A DNA stretch of 64,000 bases from Thermoanaerobaculia bacterium (GCA_963666565.1 OY762911.1:128001-192000); one strand, 5' to 3'. Positions 7,778 to 17,438 are shown, counted from the first letter of the stretch. Made by a program: numbers and translations. Notes: generated from the letters alone by a model not told the origin.

Positions 7778-9877
7778 ATGACGGCCCAGGCCGCACGGAC
7801 CGCCAAGCTCTCTCTCCGGGAAGGAGAGAAGGCGCTCGACCGGTCGGCGAGCGCGCTCGACACGGCTACCGACATCCCGTTTCGCGAAGTCCTCCGCATC
7901 TTCGGGCGGGCCCTCTCCTACATGCGCCTCTTCAAGGCGCGCGTCGCGGCCAAGTTCGGGTTCGTGACGGCCGAGATGGTCTTCCGGCTGCTCGTCGCGC
8001 CGTGGCCGGGCAAGGTCGTCGTCGACCACGTCATCCTCGGCATGCCCATCGTCGACGCGGCCGGCTTCCCTTCCTACCTGGCCCCATTCGTGCTGTTCCT
8101 GGCCGGCAAGGGACCGCTGGAGATCATGGCGTGGGTGCTCGTGCTCGGCGTGTTCATGGTGACCGTGTTCGGGTTCACGACGAGCCGCGGCACCGCCAGG
8201 TCGGCGAGCGGAGTGCCCACCGGCGCCTCCGCCGCGTCGTCGGGAGGCGTCACCCCCCTCCTGGCCCAGGGCCACGGCACGCTGGCCCAGGGGCACGACA
8301 CCGCCACCCGGACCGAGAACGAGGCGAACCGCGGCTCCGGCCTGATGGGGGGCATTCTCGGGCTCCTCGACTTCCGCGTCCATCTGCGCCTGACCCAGTC
8401 CCTGAACCACCTGCTCAGGACCCGGCTGGCCGGGCGGATCAGGCGCCTGCCGATGACCACCCTGGACGACCAGCGGATCGGCGACAGCGTCTACCGCGTC
8501 CTCTACGACACGTCGAGCGTCAGCCTCGTTCTCTACGAGGTGGGCCTCGAGTTCTACTCGCACGCCCTCGGCATCGGGATCAGCGCGACGATGATGTACG
8601 TGTACTTCGGCGACGCGCCCGAGGTCATCCTGCTGGCCGCCGCGTCTCTGCCGATCATGCTCGTCTTCGTCGTGCCCTTCGCGCGGGCGGCGCGCCGCAG
8701 GAGTCAGGCGAGCCGCGCTTCCGGCGCCGCCACGACGAGCAAGATCGAGGAGGGCATGAGCAACGTGCTCGCCATCCAGAGCCTCGGCGGCGCCGAGCGG
8801 GAGGGCCGGCGCTTCAGGAAGGCCAGCGAGGAGTCCTTCCGGCGCTTTCGCATCGAGTCGCTGCTCAGATTGACCTACCAGCAGTTCGGCAGCCTGGCGT
8901 TCCTGCTGGGCCAGGTCCTGTTCTTCGTCGTCATCGCAGGACGGGTGATCGACGGCACGTTCACCGCCGGCGACTACTTCGTCCTGAACTACTACTTCTT
9001 CGTCCTGAGCGCGACGTTTGCCGGAGCCGGCTTCATCTACCCGGTTCTGCAGAACAACATCGCCGGCCTGCGCCGGGTGTTCTTTCTGATGGACCTGCCG
9101 TCCGAGAAGACGCGCGAAGGCGTCGCCCTGCCCCGGATCAGCCGCGGCGTCGAGATGAAGGGCGTCGGACTGACCTATCCCGACGGGCGGCGGGCGCTGC
9201 GCAACATCGACCTGGAAGCGAGGATCGGCGAGATCGTCGCCTTGGTCGGCCCGACCGGCGCCGGCAAGACGAGCCTCGCCTTCATGGTGCCGGCCTTCGT
9301 CCAGCCCACGGAAGGCACGGTGACGATCGACGGCGTCGACCTGAAGGACGTTTCGGTGGACAGCCTGCGCCAGCAGGTCTCCTACGTCTTCCAGGAGACC
9401 CAACTGTTCTCCGACTCGATCATCGAGAACATCCGCTACGGCAACCCGGAGGCGACCGAGGCGGAGGTCGAGCGCGTCGCGCGCATCGCCGGCGCGCACG
9501 ACTTCATCGCCGCCCTGCCCGACGGCTACCGGACCAGCCTCGGCACCGTGACCAGCAAGCTCTCGGTCGGCCAGAAGCAGCGCATCGCGATCGCCCGGGG
9601 ACTTCTCAGGGACGCGCGCATCCTGATCCTCGACGAGCCGACTTCCGCGCTCGACCCGGAAACCGAGGCCTACCTCGTCGATGCCCTGCACGAGGCGGCG
9701 AAAGACAAGCTGGTCGTCATCATCGCCCACCGCCTGTCGACGATCGCCCACGCGGACCGGATCTGCTTCCTGGAGGACGGTCAGATTCGGGAGCAGGGAA
9801 CCCACGAGGAACTGATGGCCGTGCCCGATGGGAGATACCGGAGGTACGCCGCCCTGCAGGCCGGAGCGCAAGGATGA
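7778..9877 (+). CDS. ABC exporter, fused TMD + NBD (copy A)
   Basis: Multiple TM helices, Walker A GPTGAGKT, signature LSVGQ, Walker B ILILDE, AHRLS. Confidence 0.9.
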   Translation: MTAQAARTAKLSLREGEKALDRSASALDTATDIPFREVLRIFGRALSYMRLFKARVAAKFGFVTAEMVFRLLVAPWPGKVVVDHVILGMPIVDAAGFPSYLAPFVLFLAGKGPLEIMAWVLVLGVFMVTVFGFTTSRGTARSASGVPTGASAASSGGVTPLLAQGHGTLAQGHDTATRTENEANRGSGLMGGILGLLDFRVHLRLTQSLNHLLRTRLAGRIRRLPMTTLDDQRIGDSVYRVLYDTSSVSLVLYEVGLEFYSHALGIGISATMMYVYFGDAPEVILLAAASLPIMLVFVVPFARAARRRSQASRASGAATTSKIEEGMSNVLAIQSLGGAEREGRRFRKASEESFRRFRIESLLRLTYQQFGSLAFLLGQVLFFVVIAGRVIDGTFTAGDYFVLNYYFFVLSATFAGAGFIYPVLQNNIAGLRRVFFLMDLPSEKTREGVALPRISRGVEMKGVGLTYPDGRRALRNIDLEARIGEIVALVGPTGAGKTSLAFMVPAFVQPTEGTVTIDGVDLKDVSVDSLRQQVSYVFQETQLFSDSIIENIRYGNPEATEAEVERVARIAGAHDFIAALPDGYRTSLGTVTSKLSVGQKQRIAIARGLLRDARILILDEPTSALDPETEAYLVDALHEAAKDKLVVIIAHRLSTIAHADRICFLEDGQIREQGTHEELMAVPDGRYRRYAALQAGAQG

Positions 9878-11661
9878 CTGAACGCAAGACCGACACGTCG
9901 AGTGCGAGGGTCGTGGATGCCGTCCTGGCAGCGCTGCGTGCCTACGATGCGGCGACCAGGGCAGGGGACGTCAACGGGCAGGTCGAGTTCTTCGCCGACT
10001 CCTGGCGAAGCAGCTCCGGCACGACGAAGGCTGATCTGCGGGAGTATCTGCAGAAGCAGGTCGACAGACCGACCGATCGGGAGAAGCGCTTCGTCCTCGA
10101 TGACGCCGAAGTGGCTTTCGACGGAGACACTGCCACCATCGACCCGGTCGCGCTCCGTTCGCCGACCGGGGGCGGCTTCCTGGAGTTCAGGATGACCAGG
10201 GAGGCGAACGGCGCCTGGCGTTGCGTGTCCGTCGCCGGGTCCAGGAAGGCGGATCGACTCGCCGAGAACGCTCGCGAACTACGCGAACGCATCCTGAGTG
10301 ACCCGGCGCGGCCCGGCTACCACTTCGTCATGCCAGAAGGCGTGGCGATGCCGTTCGACCCGAACGGAGCCATCTACTGGAAGGGCCGCTACCATCTCTT
10401 CTACATCTTCCAGGACACGCGGCTGGGCGAGCGGTCGGATCACTGGGGCCACATGTCGAGCGCGGACCTGTTCCACTGGCGCCACCATCCGACGGGTCTG
10501 CTCGACGGCATGTACAGCGGCAACTGCTTCCTCAACAAGGAAGGTGTGCCGACGATCTGCTACCACCAACACGGCGAGGGCAACGCGATGGCGGTGGCGC
10601 TCGACGACGACCTGAACGACTGGAAGAAGCTCGACTCGAACCCGATCACGCCGCAAACCCGGGAGGGAGACGAGCACCACGGAAAGTACCGCTCGTGGGA
10701 CCCCTTCGGATGGCGTGAAGGCGAGACCTACTACGCGATCTTCGGCGGCAAACGCCCGGCCGTCGCCAAGTCGCCGGCACTCGACGGCGAGTGGAAGTAC
10801 GCTGGCGACCTGTTCGCCCACGGTGTCGAAGGTGTTTCGCTCAACGAGGACGTGTCCTGCCCCGATCTCTTCGAACTCGGCGGCAAGCACGTGCTCCTGT
10901 GCATCAGCCACCGGCTCGGCTGCCGCTACTACATTGGGGCATGGAGGGACGAACAGTTCCATCCTGAGACCCACGCCCGGATGAGCTGGGTCGACAACTC
11001 GTTCTTCGCTCCGGAGAGCCTGGTCGACGACCGGGGCCGCCGCATCATGTGGGCCTGGATCCTCGACGAGCCTCTGTTCGGAGCGCGAACGAAGCACGGC
11101 TGGTCCGGCACGTTGAGCCTGCCGCGGGTGCTGTCGCTCGGGGATGACGGGCTGCTCCGCATGGACGTGCCGGAGGAGATCGAAGCGCTCCGCTACGGCG
11201 AGGTGCGGATGGGGCCGCTCACGGTCGAATCCGGCAGGGAGGTCGCGCTGGAAGGCGTCGCCGGCAACAGCCTGGAACTGCAGGTAGAGATGGAAAGCGC
11301 CGAGGCTTCGCACTTCGGCGTCAAGGTCTGCGTGTCGCCCGATGGTCAGGAGGAGACCTCCATCTTGTACGACGCCGAGGAGAACCTGCTCAAAGTCGAT
11401 ACGCGCAGATCGGGTCCTGACGACACGCCGAAGGCCGTCGAAGCAGCTCCGTTCGAGTTGACGCCCGGCGAGCGACTCGAGCTGCGCGTCTTCGTAGACA
11501 AGTCCGTCGTCGAGATCTTCGCCAACCGCCGTCAGGCCATCGCGCGGCGCATCTATCCTTCTCGCCAGGACAGCGTCGGCGTCAGGGTTTTCTCCACTGG
11601 CGGCAACAGCCGCGTGCACTCCCTGAAGGCCTGGAAGATCACGCCTTCGAATCCCCACTAA
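9874..11661 (+). CDS. GH32-family glycoside hydrolase with N-terminal NTF2/SnoaL-like domain
   Basis: ATGA overlap with the ABC gene. FDPNG, HWGH, SG and SCPDLF motifs. C-terminal LRVFVDKSVVEIFAN beta-sandwich. Confidence 0.85.
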   Translation: MTERKTDTSSARVVDAVLAALRAYDAATRAGDVNGQVEFFADSWRSSSGTTKADLREYLQKQVDRPTDREKRFVLDDAEVAFDGDTATIDPVALRSPTGGGFLEFRMTREANGAWRCVSVAGSRKADRLAENARELRERILSDPARPGYHFVMPEGVAMPFDPNGAIYWKGRYHLFYIFQDTRLGERSDHWGHMSSADLFHWRHHPTGLLDGMYSGNCFLNKEGVPTICYHQHGEGNAMAVALDDDLNDWKKLDSNPITPQTREGDEHHGKYRSWDPFGWREGETYYAIFGGKRPAVAKSPALDGEWKYAGDLFAHGVEGVSLNEDVSCPDLFELGGKHVLLCISHRLGCRYYIGAWRDEQFHPETHARMSWVDNSFFAPESLVDDRGRRIMWAWILDEPLFGARTKHGWSGTLSLPRVLSLGDDGLLRMDVPEEIEALRYGEVRMGPLTVESGREVALEGVAGNSLELQVEMESAEASHFGVKVCVSPDGQEETSILYDAEENLLKVDTRRSGPDDTPKAVEAAPFELTPGERLELRVFVDKSVVEIFANRRQAIARRIYPSRQDSVGVRVFSTGGNSRVHSLKAWKITPSNPH

Positions 11662-11671
11662 GGACCATGTG

Positions 11672-11845
11672 ATGAAGCTCCACGACCCCGAACTCCGCAC
11701 GCTCGTCGAACAGCTCTCCCGGATCGAGGACAGGCTCGGAGCCGGAACGGGTCCTCAAGTCACGTCTCCGGAGACTGCGATCGTGGAGCTGCTCAGAGTC
11801 GTGCGGTCGCTGACCGAGCGTCTCGACGAACTGCGCCCGCGCTAA
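11672..11845 (+). CDS. Small hypothetical helical protein (57 aa)
   Basis: AAGGA RBS directly after the GH32 stop. Sequence MKLHDPELRTLVEQLSRIEDRL...VELLRVVRSLTERLDELRPR with heptad leucines. Confidence 0.4.
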   Translation: MKLHDPELRTLVEQLSRIEDRLGAGTGPQVTSPETAIVELLRVVRSLTERLDELRPR

Positions 11846-12845
11846 CGACATAGACGATGCCGCTTGCGTCACCGGCGACGACGGTCTGGCCGTCGAGCGA
11901 GACGGCGCAAGGGCGTACACGGTCGTTGCACTCGAAGGCGGCGAGCTGCTGCCCTGACTCGAGGTCCCACAAGCGCAAAGTCCGGTCCGGGGAGGTGGAG
12001 ACGGCGCGCCGGCCGCTCGGCGTCAGAATCACGGAGAAGACCGGTCCGGTGTGTCCCTCAAGTACGTGGCGGCCACGGCCCGTCTGGAGATTCCAGGCGC
12101 GGAGTGTTGTGTCGGCGGACGCGGAGACTGCTGTTGCGCCGTCCGGCGCCACTTCCACGCCATAAACCTCTGCCCTGTGTCCCGTGAGCGTGTGCAATGC
12201 GCGGCCCGAGTCGAGATTCCAGAAGCGCAGCGTCCGGTCGCCGGACGCGGAGATGGCTCGCCTGCCGTCCGGGGCGACGGCGACGGCGTGGACCGCGCCG
12301 GTGTGGCCTTCGAGGGTGCATAACTCCAGTCCGACCTCCAAGTCCCACACCCGGACTGTCTTGTCCCAGGAGACGGAAACGGCACGAGTGCCGTCGGCAG
12401 TCAGGGCGAAGGACTTGACGTCGTCCGTGTGCCCCTCCAACACATGCACTTCCCGGCCCGTCCGGGAATCCCACACCCGGAGCGTGGCGTCCGCTGACGA
12501 GGAGACGACGCGCTCGACGTTCTGCGTCAGCGCAACGGAGTAGACCTCGGCCGCATGCCCCTGGAGCACCTGGAGTGTCCGACCGGAAGCCAGATCCCAA
12601 ACGCGCAAGGTCGCGTCGAAGGAACCGGATACGGCTCGCTTGCCGTCCGGCGTTGCGGCGACACACCAGACGCCGGCGCCGTGGCCCTCGAGCGTGTGCA
12701 GGGCCCGCCCTGACTCGAGGTCCCAAACACGCAACGTCGCGTCCGCCGACGCGGAGACCACGCGCCGGCCGTCCGGCGTCACCGCGAGGGCCTCGACCCT
12801 CCCGGTGTGCCCCTCAAGCCTGTGAACCAGCCTGAAGCGACACAT
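11793..12845 (-). CDS. WD40 repeat protein (7 full 42-aa repeats plus a terminal blade)
   Basis: Repeated LxGH...S.S.D.TLR.W(D/N)L units. The start may be 12845 or 12863. Confidence 0.9.
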   Translation of the reverse strand: MCRFRLVHRLEGHTGRVEALAVTPDGRRVVSASADATLRVWDLESGRALHTLEGHGAGVWCVAATPDGKRAVSGSFDATLRVWDLASGRTLQVLQGHAAEVYSVALTQNVERVVSSSADATLRVWDSRTGREVHVLEGHTDDVKSFALTADGTRAVSVSWDKTVRVWDLEVGLELCTLEGHTGAVHAVAVAPDGRRAISASGDRTLRFWNLDSGRALHTLTGHRAEVYGVEVAPDGATAVSASADTTLRAWNLQTGRGRHVLEGHTGPVFSVILTPSGRRAVSTSPDRTLRLWDLESGQQLAAFECNDRVRPCAVSLDGQTVVAGDASGIVYVVSAGAVRRDARSATARL

Positions 12846-14910
12846 ACTCGCGGTACCGCCCATCCGGCATCGCCATCAGTTCCTCGTGCGTACCTGACTC
12901 CCGCACTTCGCCGTCCTCCAGAAAGCAGATCCGGTCGGCGTTGGCGATCGTCGACAGGCGGTGGGCGACGATGACGACCAGTTTGTCCTTCGCCGCCTCG
13001 TGCAGGGCGTCGACCAGGTACGCCTCGGTTTCGGGGTCGAGCGCCGAGGTCGGTTCGTCGAGGATCAGAATGCGGGCTTCCCGGAGGAGCCCCCGGGCGA
13101 TCGCGATGCGCTGCTTCTGCCCGACCGACAGCTTGCTGGTCACCGTGCCGAGGTTGGTCCGATAACCGTCCGGCAGGGCGGCGATGAAGTCGTGGGCGCC
13201 GGCGACCCGCGCGGCGCGCTCGACCTGCGCCTCGCTCGCCTCCGGGTTGCCGTAGCGGATGTTCTCGAGGATCGAGTCGGAGAAGAGCTGCGTCTCCTGG
13301 AAGACGTAGGACACCTGCTTCCTGAGGCTCTCGACCGCCACGTCCTTGAGATCGACGCCGTCGACCTTCACCGTGCCCTCGGTCGCCTGAACGAAGGCCG
13401 GCACCATGTAGGCGAGGCTCGTCTTGCCGGCGCCGGTCGGGCCGACGAAGGCGACGATCTCGCCGATCCTGGCCTCCAGGTCGACGTTGCGGAGCGCGCG
13501 GCGGCCGTCGGGATACTTCAGCCCCACGCCCCTCATCTCGACGCCGCGCTCGATCCTGGCCAGTTCGACGCCGTCTCGCGTCCTCTCGGCCGGCAGGTCC
13601 ATCAGGAAGAACACCCGCCTCATGCCCGCGATGTCGCGCTGCCATTCGGTGTACATGAACCCCCAGGCCCCGAACGTCGCGCTGAGGACGAAGAAGTAGT
13701 ACGTGAGGACGAAGTAGTCGCCGGCGGTGAACGTGCCGTCGATCACTCGCCCCGCCATCACGATGAAGAACAGGACCTGGCTCAGCAGCAGCGCCAGGCT
13801 AAAGGCCTGCCGGTACGTGAGCACGAGGAACCACTCCGTGCGGAAGCGCTTGAACGACTCGGCGCTCGCCCGCCGGAAGCGCCGGCCCTCCCGCTCGTTG
13901 CCGCCGAGGCTCTGGACGGCGAGCACGTTGCTCATCCCCTCCTCGATGTTGCTCGTCGTGCTCGAGCCGGAGGCGCGGCTGGCCTGACCCCGGCGCCGCG
14001 CCATGCGGGCGAAGGGGAGTTCGATGAGGAACACGATCGGAAGAGCCAGCATGCCCAGCAAGATGACCTCCGGCGCGGCGCCGAAGTACGTGAACATGAT
14101 GTAGAGCGTGACGACGACTCCGAGCAGGCCGGAGTAGAGCCCGAGCGCGATCCCGTGCAGCAGCGCGCTGACGCTGGTGGTGTCGTACAGGACGCGGAAG
14201 ACGCTGTCGCCGATCCGCAGGTCGTCGAGCGTCGTCATCGGCAGCGACCTGAGCTTGCCGGCCACTTCCGTGCGGAGGTAGTGGTTCATCGACTGCATGA
14301 GGCGCAGATGCAGCCGGAAGTCGAGGAATCCCAGGATGCCCGCCATCAGGCCGGAGCCGAGGTTCGCCTGGTTCTCCGTCTGCGTGGCGATGTCGTGGCC
14401 CTGGGCCAGCGTGCCGTGGCCCTGCGGCGAGAGGACCGTGGCGCCGCCGGACGAGCCCGCGGACGCCCCGGTCGGCGCACCGCTCGGCGACCTGCCCGCC
14501 CCCCGGCTCGTGGTGAACCCGAAGACCGTCACCATGAACACCCCGAGCAGGAACACCCAGAGCATCGTCTCCACCGGGCCCATGCCGTCCAGCAGCAGCA
14601 CCGCTGGCGCGAGATACGCAGGGAAGCCCGACGCGTCCCCGATCGGCGCGCCCAGGATGACGTGGTCGACGACGACCTTGCCCGGCCAGGGCGCGACCAG
14701 CAGCCGGAAGACCAACTCCACCGTGATGAAGCCGAGCTTCGTCGCGATGCGCGCCCTGAACAGCCGGAAGGTCGAGACGACCCGCCCGAAGATCCGCAGG
14801 ACCTCCCGGAACGGGATGTCCGTGCCCAGGTCGAGGACGCTGGCCGCGCGGTCGAGTCGCTTCTCGCGTTCCCGAAACGACTGTCGCGACGCCCCGGCCG
14901 CCTCGGCCAT
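12814..14910 (-). CDS. ABC exporter, fused TMD + NBD (copy B, close paralog of 7778-9877)
   Basis: Same architecture. The NBD is almost identical to copy A (GPTGAGKT, LSVGQKQR, ILILDE). Confidence 0.9.
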   Translation of the reverse strand: MAEAAGASRQSFREREKRLDRAASVLDLGTDIPFREVLRIFGRVVSTFRLFRARIATKLGFITVELVFRLLVAPWPGKVVVDHVILGAPIGDASGFPAYLAPAVLLLDGMGPVETMLWVFLLGVFMVTVFGFTTSRGAGRSPSGAPTGASAGSSGGATVLSPQGHGTLAQGHDIATQTENQANLGSGLMAGILGFLDFRLHLRLMQSMNHYLRTEVAGKLRSLPMTTLDDLRIGDSVFRVLYDTTSVSALLHGIALGLYSGLLGVVVTLYIMFTYFGAAPEVILLGMLALPIVFLIELPFARMARRRGQASRASGSSTTSNIEEGMSNVLAVQSLGGNEREGRRFRRASAESFKRFRTEWFLVLTYRQAFSLALLLSQVLFFIVMAGRVIDGTFTAGDYFVLTYYFFVLSATFGAWGFMYTEWQRDIAGMRRVFFLMDLPAERTRDGVELARIERGVEMRGVGLKYPDGRRALRNVDLEARIGEIVAFVGPTGAGKTSLAYMVPAFVQATEGTVKVDGVDLKDVAVESLRKQVSYVFQETQLFSDSILENIRYGNPEASEAQVERAARVAGAHDFIAALPDGYRTNLGTVTSKLSVGQKQRIAIARGLLREARILILDEPTSALDPETEAYLVDALHEAAKDKLVVIVAHRLSTIANADRICFLEDGEVRESGTHEELMAMPDGRYREYVSLQAGSQA

Positions 14911-17438
14911 CAACCGGCCTCGCCGGCACGTCTCGACAGTCTCGCCTCGGTCTCCACGAATGACCGGTAGCGCCCGCCGTCCACCGCCATGAGCTCGTCA
15001 TGGGACCCGTTCTCGACGATCCGGCCGCCGTCGAGATAGAGGATCCGGTCAGCCTGCTGAATCGTCGAGATCCGGTGCGTGATGAGGAAGATGGCGCGGC
15101 CCTCGCCCCACGCCGACAGGCGTTCGAGCACCCGGTGTTCGGTATAGGCGTCGAGCGCGGCCGTCGGCTCGTCGAGAATCAGGATCGGAGCGTCCTTGAC
15201 GATCGCCCGGGCGATCGAGAGGCGCTGGCGCTGCCCCGTCGACAGCTTGCCGCCGCGGTCACTGAGGACCGTGTCCAGACCTTCCGGCAGCCCGGCGACG
15301 TACTCGTCCACGCAGGCGACGCGGGCCGCCTCCAGGACCTGCCCGTCGCCCGCGTCGGGGACGACGTAGCGGATGTTGTCGCGCACGGACATGCCGAACA
15401 GGACGTTCTCCTGGAGAGCGACCGAGACGTTGGCGCGCAAGCTGTCCACGTCCAGCTTGCGGAGGTCGACTCCGTCGATCGAGACCGTTCCGGAGTCGGG
15501 ATCGAACAGCCGAAGCAGCAGGCTGACCAGCGTGCTCTTGCCCGATCCCGTCGGACCGACGATCGCCGTGATCGAGCCCGGTTCCACGGCGAGACTGACG
15601 TCGCGCAGCACCGGGCGGTCCGGTTCGTAAGCGAAGTCGACGCCGTCGAACCGGATCTCCCGCCGGAAGGGCCCCATCGGCACGGCGTCCGGAGCGTTCT
15701 TCACGTCGGGCTCGATGTCGAGGATGTCGAAGGAGCGGTCGAGCCCCATCGCCATGTCCTGCGCCTGCGACCACAGGGTCACCAGGTTCCGCACCGAGAC
15801 GCTCGACGCGCCGATCTGCTCCTGCGCCCAGTTGTACGCGGCCAGGTTCCAGGTCACGAAACTGAGGCCCACGAGCGCGACGAGCGCCGTCGCGAACGTC
15901 TCCCGCTCCCCGTTGGCCCAGACCGCCATCAGGAACTGCGCGGTCAGGAGCGCCGCGGCGGCGATCGAGAAGGTGACGATGCCGACGACGGCCATCAGCG
16001 ACCGGACCCGGAAGGACGCGTCGAACGCCCTCACCGAATCGCGCTCGAGCCGCTCCTGCTCCCTGTCCGCGGCGCCGTAGGCCTTGATGACCCGGATTGC
16101 GGCGAACGTCTCCTGCACGCGCGAGGTGAAGTCCGAGTTGGCTTCCCGCGAAGCCAGTGACCGCTCGCGCATCCGCGGCGAGAACCAGCGCCCCCACATG
16201 ACGGCGAGCAGGACAATGCTGAGCGCCATGCCGCCGAGGATCGGATCGAGCGCGGCCAGGAAGACGACGCCGATCGCGTAGGTGCTCAGCATCTGCATCG
16301 ACTGCGTCACCGTGCCGATGACGGCCGTGACCTGGGCGCTGTCCTGGTAGATGCGGTAGACGGAATCGCCCACCCGGTGATCGCTGTGGTAGCGGAGAGA
16401 CAGCCCGAGCCAGCGCTCCACCAGCGCCATCCGCAGGTCCTGGTTCACGCGCTGCATGATGAAGATGTAGTAGTACGGCAGCAGCATCATCGCCGGGAGC
16501 TGCGCGAACCAGCCGAAGACCATGAAGACGGCGTAGATCCACTTCAGGCTGTGCCGCTGCTCCGCGGTCAGGGGGGCCAGGTCGATGTTCGGTTCGGCGG
16601 CGGCATCGGCGTCGGGTTCCGCGGCGGCGGCAGCGTCGGACTCGGCAGCGGCGGAAGCGTCGGGCTCGGCGGTGCCAGCGTCGGCTTCCGCGGCGTCCCC
16701 GGCATCCGCGCCCGCCGCCGCTTCGCCGGCGAGTTCCGACCGGCCGATGAAGTCGGCCAGGAACGGGGTCAGCGGCTCGGCCTGGAGAATGGACTGGCTG
16801 ATCAGGTCCACCGAGAAGAGGGCGATCACCATCGTCAGCAGGGTCGAGGCCCACACCAGGACGAAGTAGTAGACGAGGTGGCTGCCGAGCCGGACGCGGA
16901 AGCGCAGCCTGCCGCCGGCCACCCGGTACTGGAGCACCCAGATGCAGACGCATCCCGCCGCGACGAGTCCGACGTAGAGGGTGTCGGCGAGGCCCTCCAC
17001 GCCGAACAGCGCGAACAGAAACGCCGCAGTGCCGACGAGCACGAGCGCGAAGGACAACCAGAGGTAGGCCCCGCCCCGGGCGAAGAGGAGCGCCCACACG
17101 AGGACGGTCATCAGGACCGTGCCGGCAAGCAGGAGGTCGTGGCGCCAGTCGGTGCCCGGGGGCGCCAGCCACAGGAGGCCGAGCGCGGTCAGGACGGTGA
17201 CCAGGGGCGGAACGTGGCGGAAGCTCCACGCGCCGTCCGCGGCGGCGTCGCCGTCGGCGGCCTTGCTACGCGGCAGCTCCCGCCAGCGGCCGACGATCTG
17301 GGGCCAGAGATACGGCCAGGTCCGGACGAAGATCCGGAAGACGGCGACGAAGCCCTGCTCTTCCGTCGGCTTGCTCGGCTCTCGTTCTCCCGAGTCCTCC
17401 CCTTCGCCCCAGAAGGGGAGCGCCCGCGCCTGCTTCAC
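14910..17438 (-). CDS. ABC exporter, fused TMD + NBD, with extra N-terminal TM helices (probable heterodimer partner)
   Basis: GPTGSGKS, LSTGQRQR, ILILDE, THRIS. Its stop overlaps the start of copy B. Confidence 0.88.
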   Translation of the reverse strand: MKQARALPFWGEGEDSGEREPSKPTEEQGFVAVFRIFVRTWPYLWPQIVGRWRELPRSKAADGDAAADGAWSFRHVPPLVTVLTALGLLWLAPPGTDWRHDLLLAGTVLMTVLVWALLFARGGAYLWLSFALVLVGTAAFLFALFGVEGLADTLYVGLVAAGCVCIWVLQYRVAGGRLRFRVRLGSHLVYYFVLVWASTLLTMVIALFSVDLISQSILQAEPLTPFLADFIGRSELAGEAAAGADAGDAAEADAGTAEPDASAAAESDAAAAAEPDADAAAEPNIDLAPLTAEQRHSLKWIYAVFMVFGWFAQLPAMMLLPYYYIFIMQRVNQDLRMALVERWLGLSLRYHSDHRVGDSVYRIYQDSAQVTAVIGTVTQSMQMLSTYAIGVVFLAALDPILGGMALSIVLLAVMWGRWFSPRMRERSLASREANSDFTSRVQETFAAIRVIKAYGAADREQERLERDSVRAFDASFRVRSLMAVVGIVTFSIAAAALLTAQFLMAVWANGERETFATALVALVGLSFVTWNLAAYNWAQEQIGASSVSVRNLVTLWSQAQDMAMGLDRSFDILDIEPDVKNAPDAVPMGPFRREIRFDGVDFAYEPDRPVLRDVSLAVEPGSITAIVGPTGSGKSTLVSLLLRLFDPDSGTVSIDGVDLRKLDVDSLRANVSVALQENVLFGMSVRDNIRYVVPDAGDGQVLEAARVACVDEYVAGLPEGLDTVLSDRGGKLSTGQRQRLSIARAIVKDAPILILDEPTAALDAYTEHRVLERLSAWGEGRAIFLITHRISTIQQADRILYLDGGRIVENGSHDELMAVDGGRYRSFVETEARLSRRAGEAG

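Noticed and set aside
8002-9873. N-terminal 620 aa of the 1219-aa ORF
   Set aside because: An Arg/Pro-rich off-frame shadow of the ABC gene. The real GH32 gene starts at ATG 9874.
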